Made by a program: the position numbers and the translations under genes | Assembly (NCBI RefSeq): GCF_009914755.1 | Contig: NC_060930.1 | Length of the DNA stretch: 64,000 bases | Source of the DNA: the human T2T-CHM13v2.0 reference genome, Homo sapiens | Direction: 5' to 3' (one strand) | In this document: one piece after another, positions 1-18,730 of the stretch | Position numbering within the stretch: the stretch's first letter is position 1 | Layout: the number at the start of each line of letters is the position of its first letter | Notes under the pieces: generated by a model | Seen by the model: the letters and a program-made list of their open reading frames with translations, nothing else | Database searches by the model: none | What the model was told of the DNA's origin: nothing

Positions 1-89
1 CGAGAGACTGGGGAGACAAAACCAAGAGGAAAAACACAGAATCAAAAACGACAGGAAACACTAGAGAAGAGTAGGCAGAAAATAGAGAA

Positions 90-850
90 GAGGAAGAAAC
101 GAGTCGGACGGAGACGGGGCCGGGCACTGGGAGCTTGAGGCTGGGTCTCCATCCTTCCTTTCATCCTCTCGGGAGCCCGCAGAGACGGCGGCTTCAGTCT
201 CGCTTTACGGGTGGGAAAGCAGCGACCTTGAGAGGTTAGGTGACTGCTCAAGGTCACCGAGCTAAGTGCCAGAGCCAGGATTCTCACCGCTCCTCACCCC
301 AGATCGGGGCTCCGGCCAGACCACGCTGGCCGCCGGGGGAGAGGACGCGCGGGGCGGGCAGAGCGCGGCCGGGGGCCGGGAAGGAGCCGGCGCCAGGCGC
401 GCGCGGAGGAGGCGGCCGGGCGGGGAGCCATTTCCTCCCCAAGCAACGGCGCTTTTCAGGGGCGCGACCGGGAAGCCTCTCTTGGCGTCCCTTCCCCAGC
501 CGCAGTTTGGGCAGGGGAGCGAGGGCCGGGAGGCGTCTAGGCTGTGGCGAGGGGAGAAGCATCCCCCATCCCTCCGCTCCCCGTCTCGCTCAAGCTCTTC
601 CTGCGCCACGGGCAGGTCTCCCAGCCTCGCCATCGCGGGGCGTCCCCGTCCCGGCCCACACCTCTTTCCTCTCCAGCCACACCGGCGCGCCCCGAGGGTT
701 GCAGGCGGGGGCTGCACCGGGTTGAAGCCCAGTCAACCACACGTCCCAGGGCTTAGGCGCCGGGCGGGGACAACGTGTCTGCCTGGGCTCAGACGCTGCT
801 AGGGGGCATCCCTGTCGGTGAGACCAGACTCAGACACGAGGGGGCCTGGG
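90..850. promoter_or_regulatory. CpG island / GC-rich promoter-like region
   Basis: Very high GC content and dense CpG (e.g. ggcgcgcgcgg), contrasting sharply with CpG-depleted flanks. GC boxes at 351-358 (GGGGCGGG) and 418-425 (GGGCGGGG). A weaker CpG-rich shoulder lies at ~1240-1530. The associated gene cannot be identified from the window. Confidence 0.85.
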
Positions 851-3045
851 CTATTACAAACCTCACGGTAACTTACAGGAATATACACAAATACACAAGA
901 CTAGCAACGTTTGTACCTCAGGGGGCAAATCAAAACAATCACAAGGACGAATCTTGCCCAGTCTATATTGTAAATCGATGCAGTTGCATATTATGAGCAC
1001 CCCATTCGAAGAATAGCTCCTGCCAGTCCTCAGTGATTATTCAATGATTATCAATTGACGAGACACCTTTCACCTGAAAATGGCTTGTCTGCATTGTCTT
1101 TCTTCTCAGAGAACTGCGAATTAAAGTTTCTTTGTTAGGGAGAACAAAGAAGAATCCAAATTATTTTAAGGAGGCTTTAGCATTTGACTTGGCAAACCGT
1201 TTTGCTAAAGATCAACCCTTCGTTCTGTGGTTCGCCCCCTCTCTGTCACAGCCTCACAGCCGAGTTGTCTTTGAAACAAGACTAGAGCTCCTGGTGGGTT
1301 TGGGGGCTCCCTCTTCTAGAGGTGAGCAATTTAGAGCTAAGGGGAAATTTAGAAGCCGCGTAACAGACCCGTTAACATTCACATCGGAGGCAACTGAGGC
1401 CTGCAGAAGTTAAGGCTGTCTTGCCAGTTTGTGCCAAAGCTGGGACCTGACACCGGGTCCGGGCCTGGTGCTGTGCGCGTTCGTTGGAGCAGCGGTTCCC
1501 AGTGCTTCCCTCCACGTGGGCGCGCACCCCACGCTCATCCTTCCTCTTGGGAGCCCAGTGAAAACTCCTTTCTTGAAAGTTTGTCAAGAAGGCAATGTCT
1601 CTTCCTTTTCATTTAAAAAATTATTTTCTCTCGCTGTCAGATTCATTCTGACATAGATCAGGAGTGGAAAAGTGTGTGGTATAGAATAGAGTCATTAGTA
1701 AATCCATCTCGTTTTTTGTTTCATTTGACAGCAACACATTAAATTAATCCCTGTCCAAAAGAATCACATTAAGGGAGCTGTCAATGCTAATCCCTAGCTC
1801 ATTGTTGCTGCCTAGCTCAGGGTTGACTTTAATAGGTCGCGCTGACATTTGTTTCTTCTGAGAAACATCGGTGACTTCATCCAGACCCAAATCTACTCCC
1901 ATTAAAAAGTGAAGGCACCCACAAGTTTTTACATACCGTGAATTCTCTGGACTTCTAGTTTAGGATTTGAGCTCTTGTTGGAAATGTTGATTCACATTTA
2001 TGCCTTTAACGGAATAAAGGTGATTATGACAATAAAAAGTAAGGTAGACTCCTCCCCGAGGAAAGAAAAAACCTGATTAAAATTAAAAATAAAATGATGT
2101 TGCTATTTTTATACCTATTTTTTAGCATCCTGTATTAGTCACTACTGTTGTCTATATACCTGATTGTGTACAAACCAGATTTAAGATTAAAAAAGAAAAA
2201 ATAAAATTATTGAGAGGAAAATAGATTATATTATATAGACTAATGAAAGAAGGGTTTGGAGAGAGGCAGGGATGAGAGAACCTGGAGACAGATAAGATTA
2301 AAAGATCTATAGAAAATGTAGAAAAAAAAAGGAAATTTACTGGCAAATCCAGGTAGTAATTTAGATAGGAAAAATTTAGGCAGCACGGAAACTAGGAAAA
2401 ATATATTACAATAAGATTAAAACATTTATTTAACCAACATTTACAAAGTATGATAATAATATGTTTTCTTTAAACGTGATCTCTCTGTTTCTCTCCTCTT
2501 TACCTCTGCACCCCTCCCCCCAATGATGTGGATTATTTAGCTTTGTGCTTATGACATTTATGGATTCCAGATCTGACAATCATGTATTAGCCTTTGTCTG
2601 GGCAGTGAAGAGAAAGGGGAGGACTGATCCAATCTTAAATCATTTGACCCGTTCTTAAAATATACTTCCCACCTGATTATTCTTATTTTTATAGCTATTT
2701 GGCAAGGTTTAGAAGACAGAATGGGAGCTAAAAATTGATAAATGATGATCCATTATTGAACAAGCTTATATCGAGTAATTATTGTACAAATACTACAGAT
2801 TTGCGATATTCATGCATACCAGAAAAGAGGTATGTATATGTATATTCTGTTTTTACTGATTGAACCATGCTTTATTCATATTGCAAAGTGATACTGTGAA
2901 TCTTTTTGTCAAGCACAAACTCACTTTTGCCTCATTGTTTTGCCCTGAAAATCTGTATTTTCAAGTAAACATGGTGTAGCAGTAATTTTTACTCTCAGGA
3001 TTTTTGCTATTTCAATTTTAATTACAATTTTGTTTTACATTTGTT

Positions 3046-3063
3046 ATATATATATATATATAT
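3046..3063. repeat. short (TA)n microsatellite
   Basis: Direct read of the tatata run. Confidence 0.85.
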
Positions 3064-3105
3064 TTCCTTCTGCTTTCTTTGTCTCCTGAGCATCATCTCT
3101 GCTCT

Positions 3106-3729
3106 GTAGGGGTGAAGATTTTCTTTTTATCTTTTTTTTTTCCCTGATACGGAATAGGTGTACATATTTTGGGGAAAAATATATTTTCTTCTACTCATCC
3201 TAGGTTCATGGCTGAAGCCCATATAACAAAAGACAGATTAACAAGAGATAAATGTACAAATATATTAAATATAAGTTTTATATGACATGGGAAAATGTCA
3301 TATCATAAGGAAATGAAGACCTGAAGAACAGTGAAACCTGACTGTTTTTTTCTGGTAGGTTTGGTGAAGAGTGGACATCTGCGGAGAAATATGATAGGAC
3401 ACATAGGGTTTGAGCTAAATATGATAAACTCAGGGAAATTTAGCAAGGTCTTTTGATTCTGATTTCTCTCTTTCTACAGAGATAAAGATGTTCTTTTCTC
3501 CGAGTATAAGGAGGACGCTTCTCACTTGAGGCTCTTATGACCTCCTTTGAGGGCAGGTCAGAAAATCCTTCCCAGGTTTATGATCTGCTTCAGGGGAGAA
3601 GGATGCGAACAGATCAGGGAGACCTTTCTGCTTTTGCCATTTTCTCAAATTATTTTAGCTTAAATTATTCCTTCAGCTCAACATATGCCAAGGTTCCATA
3701 TTTTGGGGTAGCAAATCTTAAGCCCCATA
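3106..3729 (-). mobile_element. ERV1-class solo LTR, MER34/MER39-like
   Basis: The minus strand begins tggggcttaagatttgctaccccaaaatatgg..ttggcatatg..gagctgaagg, resembling the MER34-family 5' end. The internal aaaagacagattaacaagaga block also fits. Confidence 0.6.
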
Positions 3730-6700
3730 AGAACATAACTACTTTTGAAATTGCTTTTATGCAGTCTGCAAAACACAGTTTCATCGTGCTGTCTATTGAA
3801 CGCTATTTTATTTACCTGAATGAAAATAGACTAAGGTTTTGGTGGTCCAAACAACAAGACTATAAAGGATCAGTGAGAAATGAACTATGCATACATTCAA
3901 GACCCTCCAGACAAATGCCAGGAGTATGAGGAATAAGAAGTTAGATTCATATTGTGTCAGTGGACTAAAACCTGTTTGACATTTTAGAAATTATTAGGTT
4001 AGAGCAGACATGAATGGAATGTTAAAACTCAAAAAACTCTGAACTTAGCAATACCCTGTACTTGGCACAATGTATTGTACATAATAGGCATTCAGTAAAT
4101 AACCCTTAAATCAATAATGAATGTGTGTTAAGCATGTATCGGGGAGGAAATGCATGGTGGAATGATCCAGATAGGAAGCAAAAGAGATGGCCAGAGCAGG
4201 TGGCAGAGTTGGCCTTGTGCATTGTAGAAGTGGGTGTAGCTGGTGGTACTTGGCTGGTTTGAAATGACTGAGGAGCTGGCTCTGTGAATAAGGTAGAGGG
4301 TAAAGCCAGCAGGTAGTAATGCAGTGGGTATGTAAGTACTTATTTTTTAGAAAAGTATTCATATACACTGTTCACTATATTCATGGTCAGACATGAGCTT
4401 TGCCTTCAAGGAACTTATATTTCAAAGGAGAAACGTGTTCAAATTTAGGTAACTCAAACATCCTCCCATAGAAAAATGTGTATGTGGAGGTTCTTGGCTT
4501 AGCCCTCAAAGGCAGTGGAACTTGTGTCACTGTGGAATGATGTTGTGCCAGGAAATGACTTTCAGTGATTGAACCCCTGAGTGTACTGCATGGTTCCCCT
4601 TTATGCATCCTGGAAGGACTGATTATTCCTCTTCTCCTTCCTGTTAGGCAGAGGAAACAAGGAATGCCCTAACGACAAACCATAGGTGGTGGAGACACCA
4701 CTGGCAGGCAAACTACTGGCAGGGTCTAGGGTTTGGGGTGAGGTCGGTTTAGTGGCGGCTGCGATAACAGTAGGGTTGGGGGTGTGGAAGAACTTTCTAG
4801 TATAAGTAAACCTGCAGCTATTCTCTGAAGTCTCAGGCCATTTCCTTATATCCCATCCCTTGCACCAAGCCCCCTACTGTTCTTTGCTTCACTGGCTCAA
4901 GGGATGGTCGTCCTGCTTTCCTTTTCCACATCTGCCTCCTGTGGTTTTTGTCTGGGGTTTTCTCCATCTTGTGGAATAGAGTCCAGATTCACTGCCTTTG
5001 CTGTATCACCAATCTGACCCTGAGGAAAACACAGCATTTTTGATTTTTAAAAAGGATTGTTTTTGTTAGAAATAATGGGAGTGAAGGGAAGAAATATACG
5101 TGAAAGAGTACCCCCATTTTCTCTTTCTTTTATACACTTGAACTTGCATGTAAACACTAATACAATATATATTGATGAGATGTGTTTCTCAGGGTATGTA
5201 AAGGACTGAAATCAGAGGTACTGAAGTTTCAGACCTTACTTCTCTAGACATTTGTCACAGGAGTTGGAGGAGAGGTCTGGGGTGAACAAGGCCTCTGAAG
5301 ATGGGGAAGATCTGGACAGGGATGTGAGTGTTGCCAGCAATATAGAGCCTTGGACTGGGTGGTGTAGGGTCAGGGAAGAGGGAGGCAGTTGTGGAAACTT
5401 CACCTTTCACTCAGCTTTCCTCACTTGCTGCTGCTTTTGAATACAGGCTCCCCTCTCTCTGTGGGGGCAGGTAAGAAATGGGGCACATACACAGGATTGT
5501 TTCTAAGTGCTAATGATTTTCTCTGAGCTATCAATGACCTCTCACTATTGACCTGTGGCATATTTCTGCGATGCTGTTGTCTGGGTTAGTAAACTGGGCT
5601 GTGGGATAGAAAGAAGATCCAAGGAGGGGGGAAAGATTCAATATGTGAATCTATATTCTTTTAGTTTTGTCATATTGCTTCTAAGCTTATTGCAAAGACT
5701 GTAACTGACAACTACAACTCATTTTCAAACTTAAATTATATCTGTGTAATTTAGGTAGAAAGCCCCTGGGCAGGTATGGCACCTTTTTTCTGTGCTTGAC
5801 AGGGTACTGAGCATACCGAAGGCATTTAGCAAATAATGATAATAATTTAAAGCAATGGGAGAATTGGGTGTACAGGGAGATAAGAAACAGGGACCCACTA
5901 ATAATGAATACTGTCTCGGGAGGTGGTCCCACTGTTTTTGGATTTCAAATCCCCTTGTTCAATTTCTTGCTGGAGCAAATTCTACACAAAAAAGAATAAT
6001 CTTTAATTTGATACTTAGTCACTTCAGTGTCCTGTGCTGAGCTGGTTAAGATTGCATATTCTTATGAAAATATATGCATTCATAATCAGTCAGATAATGT
6101 AGCTCCCCAGGGCTTCTAAATGCAAAAGCAAGAGATCATATATTTAGATACGTGGCTTCAAAGTCACAGGATCATCTGAGAAGTTCACATTCCTCATTTT
6201 TTACTTTTTCTTCATGGAATTGAAAGGAAAACAACATCACAAAAACTTCTAATGAAATACATAATAAAACAAGGCCCAGCATTCACAAGTTAAGGCTTCA
6301 CTAGAAGTGAATTCTTGTCCTTTTGTGTGATAGGTTGAATTGAAACACATTGTAATAAGATAACAGGATAAATGGAGTATGCCTTTGATTTTAAGGCTTA
6401 ATTACCAATTATTTTTCAGCCTCTTATGCTCACACCCTGGAAAGTTGGGGTCTTCCTTTATTTGTTTGGGTTAACATACTCAGAGACCATGGAATAGACT
6501 AGCCCATAAAAAGGTTAGAAAGAAGGTACAATGTTTCTCATATGCCCATCATTTCTTTCAGTGTGTTCTTTTTTCCCATTTCTGGTACACCCCTTACCAC
6601 CTGCCTTGGGTTTGGTTTAAACTTTCTTCTCTTCTCCATATCAAAGCTTATGAATCTTTGCTTTTCTGAACTGACCCTATTCCATTTAGATTCTACTTTC

Positions 6701-6749
6701 TTAATATTTTTGAAACCTTCCTCTTCCCTATTCCTCTTTGCCATGGTCT

Positions 6750-7160
6750 TATTTTGAGTCTGCACCACCTTTTGTCTGAATTACTGAAATAGCTTCTTGA
6801 GTGGTGTGTCCTGTCCATCCGTCACCCTGCTGTTAGAGTTTTCTTTCTAAAACACAGGTCTGCTTTTGTCTCTCCTCTGCTTAAATATTTTGACACCCTG
6901 CCTTCATCAGCTGTAGGGTAAAAATCATACTCCTTAGCACAGCATAAAAAGTGCTTCCTCATCTGGTCCCTGGCTATCTTCCCAGCTTCATAAATTGCCT
7001 CTTGGCCATGCATCTTTATACATGGGTCTTTATGGGCTATTTGTGGGCTGCTTTGCTCCATCCATACCTTTGAACATGTCATAGACTGCCTTTTTCCCTT
7101 TGTTTCTCTGAAAGATGCCTAGTTTTCCTTCAAAGCTCACCTTGAAATTATCTTACTGTC
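6750..7160 (+). mobile_element. L2 LINE fragment (old)
   Basis: Degenerate L2 3'-region phrases (ttctaaaacacaggtctg, cctctgcttaaa, ccttcaaagctca). Confidence 0.5.
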
Positions 7161-10100
7161 CTGGAGAGGACAAGTGTCTACTTCTCATCACCACACTTTC
7201 TTTTAAGAGAATGTGTCCTTAGACCTGGTGTACATTAAGCCAGATTCTCTTTCTAAGGAACTGATATGGAGATACAGAGCAAGTAAATTTGTTGGCTATG
7301 GGTGTTGGATGAATAAGGTCTCATGGTCTTAAAGGTCTCATAGTCACACGTGCAAGCCAAGAGAGCTGATCTGTGGAAAAGAGTAGGAAAATGAAGCAGA
7401 TTGCAAGAAAAAACATATATGAGAGATATTTGGGGGCCTAAGAAAGAGAGAATGAGTAGGATACCATTTTGGTTCCTGTTGGCTTATCAATTCCTGTTTG
7501 AGTTCCTCTTGAGACTGCAATTTCTTATTAGATACTCTTAACTCTTTATGCTACTATCTCCTTTATTTAACTGGCCAAAGTGAATTTTTTTTAATCAGAC
7601 AATTCCTTATTAAGACTCATTTATTACATGCAATTAAATGATTTGTATGTAGTACTCTATCTTCCTTAACAGACAGTAAACCACTTGTGGGTAGAGACAT
7701 TTTATAAAATTTATCTTGAGATTCCCAGCAATTAGTCTAGCTGTAGTTGGTTGACAATATATGTTTGGATGAATGAAAACGAATCCTATTTTTTTAATGT
7801 CCTAACAAAGAGCTTATGAAATTGCAAGGTTGGTTTTACTATCATAGTGGATGACAAAGTGTTAGGACTTCCAGTAACATACCTGTATTTTAATAAGGGC
7901 TGTCTGGAACAAATCCTTTGAGGTACAGGAAAAGCCATAAAAGTAGGCATTTGTCAGTATTGAATTTCATGGGGAGGCATTTTGGGAGTCTTTCAACATC
8001 TCTGAAATGATTATATATCTTTGTTTAAGGACAGCAGGGTGTAGGGGCAGCAACAGAAGGAACTGTCTGAGGGACAGAAGGACTCCTCTGCAGGAGCTGA
8101 TTGAGTGAAAACCATGACTGGGACCTCACTGCCCAGAACTGCATTTACTTCATTCCAAATAGTTTTAGATAAGCACTGATTATCCAGGAAAACCAGAAAT
8201 AGTCTTGGTAAAACCAATCAAATGCTGAGTTATTTGAGATAATATCACTGTGGGAAACTTTACTCCGAATCAGTGTATTGCTTTTAAAATATTGGTGTCT
8301 CTAATAATCCACTCTTACATACTTTCTATTTTGGTATTACTGATTGAATGCCAAGAGACATCAAATGAATGCTTTTTTTTCTATGACATAAATTAAAGGG
8401 GATATTGTTATATTATAGCTGAGACCTCACTATAGGAAAAGCAAATGAGATGGATCATTGAAATGAGCTTGAGATGAGTGTTTGCTTCCCCCAGATTTTA
8501 CCTTCCAAGATATTTGGGTCATTAGAATTCTTGATCTCCCCTTTTTAATCACAAGCTGTACACTTGTACTTTCTTTCCCCCCCCCACTTTCTGGTATTAC
8601 TAAGCCTCCCTCTTCTCTTCCTGGTTACACCAAACCAGGGCCATGAAACTGTCATTTCTCAAGCTGCTATCCTCGCTGGCTGACATTCCTGTTGGGGCAG
8701 ATGCCTTTGAGAACATTGGACTTTGAGGGACCAAAGCCTGTTTGAGGCAAAGCTTCTTCTAGACAAACCTTGAAACAGGAATGCATTCCTTGTTAATACT
8801 ATTTCTGGTAAATGGGCTAAGCGTTAGAGGCTAGCTTTGTTTAAGAACTTAATCACTTCTACTTGTGGTTTGAGGTGATGTTCCTTTTATGTTAAATGTA
8901 ATTATAATAGGGCAGAGGTGCAGTGTGGGCATGTTGTTGTATAAACATATACATTTATGAATGCTTAACAGATTCTGGGCTTATTGTAAGGTTTATTTCT
9001 CCCTTGTGAAAATGTTGCTCAGCTCTAGTAAAATGTATATGCACTATCCTCCAGAGAATCTGTGAACATGGATGGAGGTTAAACAGCTGGACAGAATGCC
9101 AATGTTTTAAATTATAGCTGGGAATCAAAGCTGGAGAGCAAAAAGACCTCCTTAGCTTTAAAGGTAGCCAATTAAGTTGCAAACACTATTGATAACAGTT
9201 GCTTTATTCAGAGGCTTATTATATAAAACACCATGCTGTCTTGAAACTGAAGAGGTTGCCTTGCAATCGTCTCCATAATCCATAATTGAAAGAATCATAA
9301 ATGTAACAATTATTTCCCACAATGATTGCTTTCACAATTTCTTGTTCTCTGCAGGATCCTTGTTTTTTGTTTTTTTTTCTTTCAGCTCATTGCAACAATC
9401 ACACAATTATAGTGTGATTCATATTTAAGATTAAATTTTGCATGTCTACTGAAGTATATAAAATCTCTATTTTCATAATTATGAACTATATATATCAGTC
9501 AACTTTTAAAGTAAGTAGTATTAATTGCAATATATGCTCTATAAGTGTTATTTATTTAGCTTAAATTTTACAAGCCTAATCAATGACATAAAGCAGAGTG
9601 ATTAAAAGTAATTTTAAGATGGACATAAATAGTACAATATTTGAATTGGGAAACTTAATCTGTATGATGGAAAAGAGATAAGAAATAAAAACAATTCTCA
9701 TGTGGTGTATTTAATTTAACCTTAAACATTATGTCATCCTCCAGAAGCTATTTCTGGCTTTAAGTGCTTTGAAATGTTTAGTAATGAACTAAATGAAGCT
9801 TTTTTGGGAACCCTGATTTAACAGAGTATAGGTTGAGTTTTAGGAGAGGGAAAAAGCTCTCTCTCTTCTTGCCTACTCCCTACTCCACCTCAAATCTAAT
9901 GAAGAGAAGAGAGAGTGAAAGCAAGTAGGGAAGAGGAGAGGAAGAACTAAAGGAGAGTGAGGGAACAGTTCCAGAGACGTTCTTATGCATTTTGAACATG
10001 CAAAATAAAATCAGCACTCCGCATACATGTAAGTTCGCTCTTTATTTATTTTAAAAATTTAAAAAGCCATCAAATTATGTCATCTTCACTGAAGCTAATG

Positions 10101-10504
10101 GCCCTTTATCAGATTTTAAAATTTATTTATAAAACACCCAAATATTTCTTTCCATATGTATAACATATATTTTCACAAAACCCTCATGTTTTACATGATC
10201 TCAGAGGCCATCTAATTCATTCTTCTAATTGTACAGGAGAACAACTGAGTACTCTATATTATAATTAGGGTGATTACATATGTTATTGTCCAAATCTGGA
10301 CACTTCTGAGAATAAAAGAGGTTGCTATTAATAATTAGCCCAGGACAACAGGTATAAATTGGAAAACTAGAATTTATGAGCACCTTGATTATAAAAAAAT
10401 AGAAACTAAGATTGCCAGATGATCGAGTCATTAAAATTAATTTAATTGCCTTTTTAGTGTTCTGCCATTATGACTGAGATAAAAAGTGAAATTGGCCACT
10501 CTAA

Positions 10505-10760
10505 TAACAGCAAACATTTTTGACCACTTATTACGTGCCAGACATTATTCTGTACATTTTATTTTAGAAACAGGATTAATCCTTATGATGACTCTGTGAA
10601 GTTGCTATAGTTGTCCCTATTTTATAGAAGAGGAAACTGATACCTGGGGAGGTTAAGTTAATTGCCTCTGGTCAGAAAGCTAGTAAGTAAAAGATCTGGG
10701 ATTAAAACCTAGGTATTTTGGCCACAGAATCCATGTCTTAACAGCCACCTTATTCTGCCT
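10505..10760 (-). mobile_element. MIR SINE
   Basis: MIR core in reverse: ccctattttatagaagaggaaactga..gaggttaagttaattgcc..agctagtaagt. Confidence 0.75.
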
Positions 10761-13381
10761 CTCATGCCTCTAGCACTGATGATTCTAGAGGGAGGTCTCC
10801 AATCGCAGTAATGTTTGAAGGGCTGAGCAGACCTCAGGGGTTTGCAGTTCTAGGGGCCAGGGTAGGAGGTCATGAAGTAAATAATTAGAGACCAGGATAA
10901 AACATCTGGTATCTGAAATCAGAAATTAGAGAATTAGGCTACTGTTATGGATGACCTTCAGTGTGTTTCTCACATGTGGGTGTGACATATGGTGTTAAGC
11001 AAGCAGAAGTAATAACCATGCAGTGAGCCAGGTGAGCAGGCAGAGGCAAAGAAAAGGAGCATCTGATTGAATTGAGGAGTAAAGGTAGGGAATACAGGCT
11101 CCTGACCATCAATTCGATCTACGCCTGGACTATACACACAACCTAGGCTTCAGTTTTTCTTGATAGAAGGGAAAGACTTCCTCTTGCTTCCAGGGAATAA
11201 AAGTATGAAAGAGAGCTGGGGAGAACAAGGACAAGGGGAGGTTTTCTAATGAATGCACCAAGGTTTCTTGGCCTACCTGCCAATCCTGGCTACCTCCAAA
11301 CAGCTGGTGATCTTAACAGAGGTTCCACCTGGCTGTTACTGTGCTGAGAAATCACAGAGGAACCATTGGACTGATTATTCCTTTATTCCCAAATCTCTTC
11401 ATAGTGAGACATTATGAGATTCAAGAACTAGATTCAATATGTTGCCTGTTCTAAATCTGTATAATGTGAGTTGTGTTGATTTTTTAGGTATTTTCACCTT
11501 TATCACCAAAACATCTCTAGTTCCAATCATTTACCATGATATAGATTTTAGTGCAAACATACATTTACTACATAACTTTTAAACTCATTGATATATTGTG
11601 CCTAAGTTCTCCGTAAAGAATATGAGAACATACTCATTCACCTCTTTTACTGATAACTCACTCACCTGATCCCAGTTGTATTCTATTCATTAAACTGGCA
11701 TAGTCAATCATGATTATGTTGGTCAATCTTATTGAGGACCCATTTATTGAATAGTGGTACCATGGGGAGCTGATATAAAGAAAATAATTTCTGTCTCTAA
11801 AGTATAGAGGCAGGAACATATACCAGAAAACAAAACAAAACAAAAGCTAAACAACTTAATCAAAATCAATGTAAACAAGGGCAAATTGTAGTGGGATTAC
11901 TTACATTAATTCTCAGTGATTATAGTTGAAAAGTACTTTCACAAGATATTTTATCCTATGACGATTTGTTTAAATATTATGAATTTTTTGCAAAATGATT
12001 AAATACAATGATGAAATTGAAAATAAAAAGTATAGTATTTAAAAAAGCTAAGGTCTGACAAGATGGCTGAATAGGAACAGCTCCAGTCTGCAGCTCCCAG
12101 TGAAATCAATGCAGAAGGCAGGTGATTTCTGCATTTGCAACTGAAGTACCCAGCTCATCTCATTGGGACTGGTTAGACAGTGGGTGCAGCCCACGGAGGG
12201 CGAGCCATAGCACAGTGGGATGTCACCTCATCTGGGAAGCACAAGGGGATGGGAACTCCCTCCTCTAGCCGAGGGAAGCCAAGAGGGACTGTGCAGTGAG
12301 GAATGGTACATTCCGGCCCAGATACTATGCTTTTCCCCTTGTCTTTGCAACCTGCAGACCAGGAGATTCCCTCAGGTGCCTACACCACCAGGGCCCTGGG
12401 TTTCCAGCACAAAACTGGGCAGCTGTTTGGGCAGACACTGAGCTAGCTGCAGGAGTTTTTTTCATACCCCAGTGGCACCTGGAATGCCAGTGAGACAGAA
12501 CTGTTCACTTCCCTGGAAAGGGGGCTGAAGCCAGGGAGCCAAGCGGTCTAGCTCATTGGATCCCACCCCAATGGAGCCCAGCAAGCTAAGATCTACTGGC
12601 TTGAAATTCTTGCTGCCAGCACAGCAGTCTGAAGTCTGGGATGCTTGAGCTTGGTTGTGGGAGGAGCATCCGCCATTACTGAGGCTTGAGTAGGCGATTT
12701 TCTCCTCACAGTATAAACAAAGCTGCCAGGAATTCAGACTGGGTGGAGCCCACCACAGCTTGGCAAAGCCACTGTAGCCAGACTGCCCCTCTAGATTCCT
12801 CCTCTCTGGGTAGGGCGTTTCTGAAAGAAAGGCAACAGCCCCAGTGAGGGGCTTATAGATAAAACTCCCATCTCCCTGAGACAGAGCACCTCGGTGAAGG
12901 GGTGGCTGTGAGTGCAGCTTCAGCGACTTAAACATTTCTGCTTGCCAGCTCTGAAGATAGCAGTGTATCTCCCAGCACAGCACTCGAGCTCTGCTAAAGG
13001 ACAGACTGCCTTCTGAAGTGGATCCCTGACTACCAGGCCTCCTGACTAGGAGACACCTCCCAGCAGGGGTCAACAGACACTTCATACAGGAGAGCTCCGG
13101 CTGCATCTGGTGGGTGCCCCTCTGGGACGAAGCTTCCAGAGGACGGAACAGGCAACAATCTTTGCTGTTCTGCAGCCTCTGCTGGTGATAGCCAGGCAAA
13201 CAGGGTCTGGAATGGACCTCCAACAAACGCCAGCAGACCGGCAGCAAAGGGTTCTGACTGTTAAAAGGAAAAGTAACAAACAGAAAGGAATAGCATCAAC
13301 ATCAACAAAAAGGACATTCACACGAAAACTCCATCTGAAGGTCACCAACATCAAAGACCAAAGGTAGATAAATCCATGAAG

Positions 13382-14395
13382 ATGAGGAAAAACCAGCTCA
13401 AAAAGGCTGAAAATTCCAAAAACTAGAATGCCTCTTCTCCTCCAAAGGATCACAACTCCTTGCCAGCAAGGAAACAAAGCTAGATGGAGAATGAATTTGA
13501 CAAAAGGACAGAAGTAGGCTTCAGAAGATGGGTAATAACAAACTCCTCCAAGCTAAAAGAGTATGTTCTAACCCAATTCAAGGAAGCTAAGAACCTTGAA
13601 AAAAGGTTAGATGAATTGCTGACTACAAAAACCAGTTTAGAGAAGAACACAAATGACCTGATGGAGCTGAAAAACACAGCATGAGAACTTTGTGAAGCAT
13701 ACGCAAGTATCAATAGCCAAACTGATCAAATGGAATGAAGGATATCAGAGATTGAAGATCAACTTAATGAAATAAACATGAAGACAAGATTAGAGGAAAA
13801 AGAATGAATAAAGACTCCAAGAAATATGGGGCAATGTGAAAAGACCAAACCTACCTGATTGGTGTACCTGAAAGTGACGGGGAGAAGGGAACCAAATTGG
13901 AAAACACTCTTCAGGATATTATCCAGGAGACCTTCCCCAACCTAGCAAGAAAGGACAACATTCAAGTTCAGGAAATACAGAGAATACCACAGAGATACTT
14001 CTCAAGAAGAGCAACCCCAAGATACATAATTGTCAGATTCACCAAGGTTGAAATGAAGGAAATAATGTTAAGGGCAGCCAGAGAGAAAGGTCTGGTTACC
14101 CACAAAGGAAGCCCATCAGACTAACAGCAGATCTCTCTGCAGAAACCCTACAAGCCAGAAGAGAGTGGGGGCCAATATTCAACATTCTTAAAGAAAAGAA
14201 TTTTCAACCCAGAATTTCATATCGAGCAAAACTAAGCTTCAGGAGCGAAGGAGAAATAAAATCCTTTACACACAAGTAAATGCTGAGAGATTTTTGTCAC
14301 CACCAGGCCTGCCCTACAAGAGTTCCTGAAGGAAGCAATAAGTATGGAAAGGAAAAAACCAGTACCAGCCACTGCAAAAACATACCAAATTGTAA
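13382..14395 (+). pseudogene. L1 ORF1p remnant (stops/frameshifts)
   Basis: Track ORFs 13484-13684 (MENEFD..KEAKNLEKRLDE) and 13897-14124 (ENTLQDIIQE.FPNLAR..RATPR.IIVRF) match L1 ORF1p. Confidence 0.9.
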
Positions 14396-14458
14396 AGACC
14401 ATTGACATTATGAAGAAACTGCATCAACTAACAGGCAAAACAACCAGCTAGCATCGTA

Positions 14459-18730
<4,272 letters not shown>

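Noticed and set aside
42-802. Overlapping 70-180 aa ORFs on both strands
   Set aside because: Stop-codon scarcity in a GC-rich CpG island. The translations are low-complexity R/G/P/A, mostly with non-ATG starts, and show no recognisable domain.
4614-11383. Shared 15-mer ggactgattattcct at ~4616 and ~11369
   Set aside because: About one or two such matches are expected by chance in 64 kb.
12220-13477. 261-aa minus-strand ORF and neighbours
   Set aside because: They lie within the L1 5'UTR, and similar antisense ORFs are common in L1PA UTRs. No evidence of a host gene.
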